Position numbers and translations under genes: made by a program. From Octopus sinensis (Eukaryota), in NCBI RefSeq assembly GCF_006345805.1, contig NC_043009.1:64356001-64420000 (forward strand): a stretch of 64,000 nt of DNA, in the 5' to 3' direction. The notes beneath the pieces were generated by a model that had not been told where the DNA came from, did not search any database, and saw nothing but the letters and a program-made list of their open reading frames with translations. Positions 31,426-64,000 of this stretch are shown here, piece by piece; the first letter of the stretch is position 1; each line of letters starts with the position of its first letter.

Positions 31426-31948
31426 TTAATTCAGAGGTATTTAACTTCATTTGGCTCTATATTCAGTTAATATTATTGTTATAATTATATTTAATCGTAA
31501 TCTTTGCATAAATATCATTAATTATCAGAATCATTATTTTAACTAGTGTAATTACTATAGATGATAAGTCGTGTTTATTTAAATCGTTCAAGCGTATATT
31601 TTTGTCCATAGAAGACATCTCATTGCCTGTTCGTGTCTAGTGTTTAGACTGAATTTGGAACCACACGGTTGGTAAGCAAAGTTATTACCACATAGCCACG
31701 CCTGCACCTATATGCAGAATGTTTCAAAAAAATAAATAAACCATTCAGTCCCACTGCGCGGCACCTTGGGCAAGTATCTTCTACTATAGCTTCGGGCCGA
31801 CCAAAGTCTTGTGAGTGGATTTGCTAGATGGAAACTGAAAGAAGCCTGCCGTACACATACATATATATATATAGTTATATATATAGTTATATACATACAT
31901 ATACATACATACATACATATACATACACACACACACACACACACACAC

Positions 31949-31996
<48 letters not shown>

Positions 31997-32312
31997 GTGT
32001 ATGCATGTATATGTATGTATTTGTGTGTCTGTGTTTGTCTCCCCACCATCGCTTGACAACCGATGTTGGCGTGTTTACGTCCCCGTAACTTAACTGTTCG
32101 GCAAAAGATACCGTCAGAATAAGCAGTAGGCTTACAAAGAATAAACCCTGGGGTAGATTTGTTCGACTAAAGACAGTGCTCCAGCATGACCGCAGTCCAA
32201 TGACTGAAACAAGTAAAAGAGTTAAAGACTAAAAGAGAATTCTATCATATTTGAAGAAGTATTGAGATCTTTTATGCAGTGTGTTATCCAAGTCGTATGC
32301 ATCCCTGGTAGA

Positions 32313-32665
32313 TACGACAGGGGCTGAAAAGTTTATGCGCTGACTATGAAGGAATGGTCCTGGTGCTATTAATTTCAGCGCTTCTAATTAACGACTGCAT
32401 TATTTCTCTCCAGATAAACTGACTTCGGACTGTTCAAAGAACACTTTTAGGGTAATTGGCAGCGACTTCTCTTGAAAACGGGTAAAGTTTGGCATCGTGG
32501 TATTATCAAGTACCTGCAGAAAAAGAGCTTATCTCCCAATGGCATTTATGCTAAAATGGTAGCTACATTAGAGGATGACGTTCCAGCTTTATCAACAGCT
32601 CGAAAGCGGGCAGCTGAATTTGGAAGGGGAAGAGAGAATTTTGAAGATGACCCGAGGTCTGGACT
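32313..32665 (+). mobile_element. mariner 5' fragment
   Basis: HRGIIKYLQKK..ALST..AAEFGRGRENFEDDPRSG, the HTH/RSGRP-linker segment. Confidence 0.8.
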
Positions 32666-33794
32666 TTTCCGCCGATCCCCGGATATGGCATAATATGCTC
32701 AATACTACAACTTTTGTTATTATAATTCGTACAAAGAAATACGTACCATGTCGAACTTCTACGTTTTACTCTCTATATACATCATTACCATTCATCTGCT
32801 TATCATTTTCACTGCTTCAAAGTCGCTATCATCTTTCTACCAATACCCGTTTTCTGATTCCTGTATGTTATATATTTTCTCTCTTTCTCTCAAACAGCAT
32901 ATATTTCTCTATCCGAAGAAGCTATTCCTCAAAACGTCAGCACCCACTTTTCTTGATGACATGCGTACATATTGAAAAACGAGAACTGATGTTTATTCAT
33001 AGAAATCGTCCACAGACCACCATTAGTTTCTACACCATTGTATCTAGAGAATACGTATCTGTTATGTACTGAAGCGGAATTAAATTAATGTTATATTTTA
33101 GTCTTGTGTCAACGTCTGTAAATAACAATTTCCAATTTGAGCAGAAAAGCATTAATTTTGAAGAGAAGGTTTCGCATTAAACCCAGTTCTTGGTTGGCTG
33201 GTATTTTATTTTATCGATCACGAAAAGACGAAAGCGAGAGATGACCTAGGAATAAATAGGACTGAGACCGTAAATCAGTTAGACAAATTACTGCAGGATA
33301 TAATGTCCGGCGGTCAAAATAAACACCACCACCACCACCACCACAACCACCACCACCACAACCACCACCACCACGAACAACAACAATACTAGTAAACAAT
33401 TACCTTCGTTAGCATGAAACTAACGACTAACAGAGAGTAAAATATTTTGGAGATATACTCAACATTGAAACACACGTAATTTATCACATTGAAATTATTT
33501 GAGACCAAAAATTAAATCGAGTTCGTATGTTCCACTGTTTTGATGCCCGTTCCATTCGAGAGGATTCCATTACAGCACTTAATCGCTTCCCGATGTCACC
33601 AGTTAGATCGTCGCAAATTTTATCCCCGCATTGAAAGTCTGAGATTTGTACACTTGTAATAATAAAAAATAAATGTAATGAATAATTAGCAAATATCTAA
33701 ACTAAAGCAACATATTGACGTAAATGTGATTTTAAATGTTTCGACATTTCACGTTTGTTTACATTAAACTCAAAAATTCTGCTTTTCTACAAAT

Positions 33795-57401
<23,607 letters not shown>

Positions 57402-57911
57402 GTTACAATCAGTAAGTGTCTCGTTGCAATCTCTACTGAAAAAAGGTCGCCTAATGACTTGATTATGAAAACAGACTGCTTCATACAATTACATTATGAA
57501 GCATAAAAAACGAAAAAAGCGATAAGCTGACAGAACCATCGGCACGTCGAGTTAAGTCGCTTATCCGCATTTCGTCCGTCCTTACGTTCTGAATTTAAAA
57601 TTCTACCGAGGTCGAATTCACCTTTCGTCCTTTCGGTATCGATAAAATAAGTACCAGTTGAACACTGGGATCAATGCAATCGACCATCCCCCTCCCCTGA
57701 ATTTCAGGCCTTCTTTTCTTCTATATTAGAAAGGATTATGGGATTGCAAAATGATGATTTAATATTATTATACATTCTATAGCCACACGAATGGCTGCGT
57801 GGTTATGAAGCTCGCTTCGAACACACGGTTTCGGGTTCGGTATTTGTCTTCAACTGTAACCGCTTGTGAGTGAATTTGGTTTGGCGGAAACTGAGTGGAT
57901 GCCCATTGTAT

Positions 57912-58875
57912 ATCTATATATATAAAACTGTAGTTGTGTGAGTGTCTGTCCCCTTCGATTTAGATTCCTAACTCCTCCCACATTTTGTGGTGCAGTTTAA
58001 CCAAATTCGGGTATCTTATAGTCGTGATTAATTTCGAGCCCGTCTGGCTATTAGCGCGCGTCTACGATGAGTCTACGATTTTAAAAATAATTTAACATCA
58101 TTTTTCATTCCATTTTAATGCATAATTTTTCGTGTGTCGATGGCGGCGGAGTTGGCGTCCACGCTCAAACACCTGCACCTGTGTTTGCTTCTCCCCCTTC
58201 TTCCCTCCTTCGTGAAGCTGTGGGGAAGGGAGTGTAAAGAAATCAACGTCGTAATGCGTTGTTAAGGAGACCAGCGTTCTTTTAGAACCTCGACTTCATG
58301 GCTTGAAGACACCAAAACAGAAAATGTCTACGATGAGTCAACGATTTAAAAAAAAATTACCATAATTTTTTTTCCATTTTTAATGCATTTTTTTGCTATT
58401 TTTTTGCTATAACTCTCTAAAAATACTTATATAGTTATTTCCCTTACAAACCCGAGCAACGCCGGGCGATACTGCTAGTCTTTATATATAAAAGTGAAGT
58501 TGTGTGTCTGTCTCCTACGATTTAGATTCCTAACTACTCCCACATTTTGCGGTGTAGTTTAACCAAAACCGGGTATCTTATAGTCGTGATTCATACCGAG
58601 CCCTTCTGGGTTTTAGCGCGCGTCTACGATGAGTCTACGATTAAAAAAAAAATTACCATCATTTTTTTCATTTTAATGCATTTTTTCGCTATTATATAAG
58701 GGAAGTAACTCTCTAAAAATGTCTGCAATGAGTCAACGATTTAAAAAAGAATTTACCATAATTTTTTTTCCATTTTTAATGCATTTTTTTGCTATTTTTT
58801 GGCTATAACTCTCTAAAAATGCTTATATAGTTATTTCCCTTACAAACCCGAGCAACGCCGGGCGATACTGCTAGT
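57912..58875 (-). mobile_element. head-to-tail dimer of the Helentron/DINE-like element
   Basis: Unit 1 at 57912-58479 carries an internal ~170-bp extra segment. Unit 2 at 58479-58875 is directly abutting. Confidence 0.75.
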
Positions 58876-58989
58876 AATCATATAAATGTATATGTATTTT
58901 TTCAAAGTTTACAAATAACACGAAATGAATAGTTGCCAGATTAGCAAAAATTCACGTAAGTACCAAGGAAAGCAGGAAATCTTGAGAAA

Positions 58990-59870
58990 CCCATCGCGAC
59001 CATATTTCCGTGTGTAGAATTCACATGCAACATAATCTGCAACAATATTAGCTGACAACAAGCGAAACTTTCCCTGAGTTTCTGCAGACTCAGCCTCCAC
59101 TTACCGCCCGATTTTGCATTGATTCCGAGACCTCCTTCCTTCAAGGCCTTGCACTCCTGTTCAACGTGCTCCTTAATTTAACCGATCCTGAGGCAGACCG
59201 TAAGGGACGAAGCGAGCGGTTGAATTGCTAGGTGACCTTCTTGTCCTCTAGACTGCGACCAATTGGCACGACTGATCAATATTAATCACGTCCAGTACGA
59301 TCGTTCATTCATATCCTCAGTCAACACTCTCTTATCTGACTCTTGATTTGCTTGCAACCAAACTGTAATGAGAGTCTCAACACTGCTTTTTCTTTGCCCC
59401 ATACGCTTCTGGACTAGACAGGCACACGCATCACACGCTATTAACACACACTCTTAACCGAGGTCTTCCCTTGTGTGAGCATTATAAATTATACTGCAGA
59501 ATGGCTGTCGCTGCGTTTCGACTGTACACTCTCTGTTTTCGCTGCAGTACTCGTTGCTTCCCTGACCACGCCATTCTAAATAATGACATCAACAAGGAGC
59601 CGTGTCCCTACCAGTTTTCTGTCACAATTCGGATCGGCAAGACCAAGCAGCTGTGATAGAAGGAGGTCTAGTCAGGTTAAAACTCTTCAAGATCCAAGAT
59701 TGCACGGCAAGTCACTCACCGCCAGGTCTTCTGACAGATTCTCATGTGCTGTGCCCACAATGTCGAGAAGCGGTGAAATCGCTAAGCTCGAGTTACTGTC
59801 GAAAAGGTTTCTTTCTTCGCAGCATCCTTGGTTTCTAGAATACCGCTCTTCTCTGTCAAATTACAAAGGA
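58990..59870 (-). mobile_element. old L1/Tx1-like LINE remnant (partly shared with copy A at about 18060-18230)
   Basis: ..LKEGGLGINAK..WRLSLQ.. motif; otherwise heavily decayed. Confidence 0.4.
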
Positions 59871-59974
59871 TATGGTCATGGGTTTTTTCAGCTTCGCTTT
59901 TGCTACCCTCCTGTAATATTGAGTTTAGTTAAAACAAATTATTCATCAGGACATACATACTTTGTGTGTGTGTG

Positions 59975-60171
59975 TGTGTGTGTATTTGTGCCTATGATTA
60001 TGTGTTCGTCTCTATGTGGTTATGTGTTCGTGAATATCTAATTGTGAGTTTATGCAACTTTTGAGACGTGTAACATTTTCTTATGTTTATCTGCATTTGT
60101 GTCTGCGCATACATATTAATACACGCATACATATATACATACATAAACACACACATAATACATACATACAT

Positions 60172-60233
<62 letters not shown>

Positions 60234-60407
60234 ATTTGTGCCTATGATTATGTGTTCGTCTCTATGTGGTTATGTGTTCGTGAATATCTAATTGTGAGTT
60301 TATGCAACTTTTGAGACGTGTAACAGTTTCTTATGTTTATCTGCATTTGTGTCTGCGCATACATATTAATACATGCATACATATATACATACATAAACAC
60401 ACACATA

Positions 60408-60480
<73 letters not shown>
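59975..60480 (+). repeat. ~250-bp tandem duplication bounded by microsatellites
   Basis: TATTTGTGCCTATGATTATG.. starts at 59983 and again at 60233. Confidence 0.9.
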
Positions 60481-60492
<12 letters not shown>

Positions 60493-60509
60493 GTGTGTGT
60501 GTGTGTGTG

Positions 60510-60540
<31 letters not shown>

Positions 60541-60548
60541 CATACATA

Positions 60549-61403
60549 TACAAGGTACGGTCAATATATTGTCTAATTACGCAAAAATGAAAATAGCACC
60601 GACAGCTCATTTTTACAGATTTATTTACCAAATTTACATTAAAAAAATGTTGAAATACTAATGATTAAATTTATTCAATAAAATCGCCATTGACTTCAAC
60701 AACGGCCTCCAGACGACTTCGGAATCTTTTGCAACTCTTCTGGGCGGTCCCCTTGTTTAAGTTGGAGAATACCGACATAATCCTTGCCTTCAGTTCATCT
60801 TTGGTGTTACAACTGCGCCCCACATATAATAATGAAGGGGTTGCAGCGTGGGGAGTTAGATAGGCAGATGTTAGGGGTGATGTGATCACAGAAATTGACT
60901 GACATCCATGACTGGGTTCTCCTGCTTCTCCTGGCACGTTGCAGAGTCCTGTTGCCAGACATAGGATCTTCCAGCAGCCACCATTTTCACCAGGAGCAGC
61001 ACTACTTCCTCCAGGCTCTTGATGTAGGTCTCCGTGCTGAGTTTGAGGCCGTCTGGGAAGATGGATGGAGGCATGACATCGCCATCACTAGTGATCACTC
61101 CAAACACCATGATCTTGACTGGATGTTTGATCTTTATCACTCTCAGTACATGTCCTCAGATTGCACTGTCCTCAGATTGAGACCCAAACACTTTGAAATA
61201 TTCGTATCGGAGCTTGCGGCGCGAATGCAAGCTGTACAGTATGTCGTTTCCAATTTTCTGCCAGAGTGATTGGCGTCATGGTGCAGTTTTTCTCATAGAC
61301 GGTGCCTAAGTGATCCTACTTTACTGTGTAGTCGAGAAAAGCAAACATAAACTCTACGCTGAATTCAAAATATAAAATTGTGACAATTTACCCATCGCAC
61401 CAT

Positions 61404-61406
<3 letters not shown>
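60549..61406 (-). mobile_element. internally deleted Tc1/mariner-superfamily element (maT/DD37D-like)
   Basis: KHPVKIMVFGVITSDG..YIKSLEEVV..WQQDSA.C motifs. Related ends TACAAGGTACGGTCAAT and GCATGGTGCGATGGGTAAATTGTC. Confidence 0.75.
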
Positions 61407-61468
<62 letters not shown>

Positions 61469-62453
61469 TTGGTGAGTAGATAAACATGAACAGAAATAAA
61501 ATTACTCACTTAAGAAAGGTATGACTAATTCTTTCACGAGACTGTTATCATGCATTAACACACAAGCTAATTATCTCATGATACTCTGCATGTATCTACG
61601 TGTGTGTGAATCGTAATGTTTACTCGTATTTTTCTGATTGTAAAATTCGTGCTAGTTTACAAAAATCAACGTTATGCACTCATTCTTAAATCTGTTGGTA
61701 ACATACTTGTAATGGCAACACACATAGCACAAAAACAAAGAGCTGTAGTTTCGAGTCCCATCCGTATGGAAACTCTACTTCTTTTCCGTTGAGTGCTTAT
61801 ATGCCCCAGTGTTAGACTATAATACGATGACGAGCTGGAAAAATCTTTAGCCCGCCGGGCGAAATACTTAGCGGTATTTCGTCCGTCTTTACGTTCTGAG
61901 TTCAAATTCCGCCGAGGTCGACTTTGCCTTTCATTCTTCCGAGGGTCAATTAAATAAGTAAGAGTTACGCACTGGGGTCGATGAAATCGACTTTAATCCT
62001 TTTGTTTGTCCCCCTCTATGTTTAGACCCCCCGTGGGTAAAAAAGAAATAAATATTAGAGTATTTTCGTTAATCATTACACGGTGATCGCTTATAAGCTT
62101 TAAGCCAATGAAATATTATCATTTACAGAATTGTAACAATCGAAACTGCTTATCAAAACCCATCGCAAGAAACGTATATGTGTGTGTGTATGTGTATGTG
62201 TGTGTGTATAGTAAAAAGATCGATAAAAATATATCATATATAAAATTAAAGTTTAGATAGGAGGCATCAAAATACAGCATTGAAGCCTTGTTTCAGGTAA
62301 GTCTCAGGTAGCGTGCCTGAAGAGCACGTTTACCGCTAATGGCTACCAGGTGTCATAAGATACGCTTTGCCTTCATCAGTGGAATACACGCAAAATAGTA
62401 CATAAATACAATATATATACATACAAATATATATATATATATATTATATATAT

Positions 62454-62487
<34 letters not shown>

Positions 62488-62615
62488 GACATACGAATAC
62501 TTACATATACGCAAGTATACACACAAATATATACACGTGCGGGCAATTTAAACTGGTCGTGTGCATATGTGCATATATATGCGTGCATACGTGCGTATAT
62601 GTAAGTATTAGTATG

Positions 62616-62651
<36 letters not shown>

Positions 62652-64000
62652 TCGCCATGATAGATTGTTAGCCACTACACACATTTTATTCTCTCCTTGT
62701 TTCTCTTCTTGTTTATTCTGTGTCTCTTTCTGTAGAAGAGCGTAGACTCGAAACGTAAAAGACTTTTTCTATTCCTGAGCGTTATACTAATACATCTGTT
62801 TGTTTTGTACACCACCTGTCTTCGTCTTTTGTTTTTTCGTAAACTCTATATATACTTTATTGAAAAGCAACAGAAATATCACAAAAGCTGTTACTCAAAG
62901 TTTCTCATTCCCGTTCGTCGGACAGTTTTGTTAGAATGGAACAGAAATGATGATATAATCAAACATAAAAATAGTTTAAATGATACACTTTTGAAAATGG
63001 TCTTGTTTCATTGGTCCTTTCAACTAACGGACTTATGTATGCAATAAACAAAATTCAGTATAAATTCATATTGTAGTAAAATCGAAGAAAATCTTAAGTC
63101 GATGGGCAGAGTCTAAATAAATATGGTAAATAATTATATACAAAATATAAATGAATTAATGCATTAACAGTTATATCCATTTAAAAATTGAAATTAAACA
63201 TTAAAAATTACATATTTTTCAGCAGTATATACCCATACTAAACCATCTATAGTATGCATATATACACTAAAATATACATGTGCATGTACATAGTTATATA
63301 CATATATAGACATATATAGGTGCGACATAAATATGTACACAAATACATCATATTTTTTTATTTTTTAAATTTTATCTAGTTTCAGCTCACGAGCTGTGGC
63401 CATGCTGGGGCACCGCATATGTACACACATACATCATATGTACGCACACATACACGCGCATAAAGTCTCTTGGTGTATACATATACAAGTCAGTTGTTAC
63501 CGACTAAAAAGATGGGAAGTACATTAAGCGTAGGGAGGAGGGAGAGAAAAAGTAAAAATAAAAAAGAAAAAGAAACTGAAACAAAAAAACTAGCGAGAGA
63601 AGAGAGAAAGAGGTTGCTACGTAGAAACGCGAAACCAGTATCGAGTAAGAAGAAAAAGAAAGGAGAGATGCTTCACGAATTGTGCTCAACGAACGCACTC
63701 ATAAAATAAAATTACATATGTATATACACAGGAGTGGCCCTTGTGGTAAGTAGCTTGCTAACCAACCACATGGTTCCGGTTTCAGTCCCACTGCGTGGCA
63801 TCTTGGGCAAGTGTCTTCTGCTATAGCCCCGGGCCGACCAATGCCTTGTGAGTGGATTTGGTAGACGGAAACTGAAAGAAGCCTGTCGTATATATGTATA
63901 TGTATATATATGTATGTGTGTGTTTGTGTGTCTGTGTTTGTCCCCCTAGCATTGCTTGACAACCGATGCTGGTGTGTTTACGTCCCCGTCATTTAGCGGT

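Noticed and set aside
62285-62375. Minus-strand CTGATGA AGG..CCT GAAAC
   Set aside because: Stem III, the NUH site and stem I do not pair; at most a very decayed relic.

Overview
AT-rich, microsatellite-dense animal genomic DNA. The SINE, Helentron-type and mariner repertoire points to an octopod cephalopod (Octopus sp.; inference). Host content is two tandem minus-strand paralogues of an SLC22 (Orct/OAT/OCTN-like) MFS transporter, about 40-46 kb apart. Copy B is complete: 9 coding exons from 57401 to 33795, 1677 nt, 558 aa, all GT-AG with consistent phases. Copy A shows coding exons 1-5 (17199 to 230) and continues off the left edge. The rest is transposable elements: tRNA-derived SINEs, CR1/RTE/Tx1/RLE-type LINE fragments, Penelope-like elements (PLE), mariner/Tc1, piggyBac and Helentron-type non-autonomous elements. 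Two signals stand out. (1) The paralogues are a mosaic: some introns and exon parts are nearly identical, while the TM1, TM3/4 and TM6 coding patches are 12-18% diverged, suggesting gene conversion with protected specificity islands. (2) More than a dozen type I hammerhead-ribozyme motifs were folded by hand. Most cluster in intron 7 of copy B, including a 337-bp LTR-like direct repeat that carries hammerheads of both polarities. Many TA-microsatellite-anchored fold-back palindromes are also present. All counts and folds were done by eye; no database search was run.
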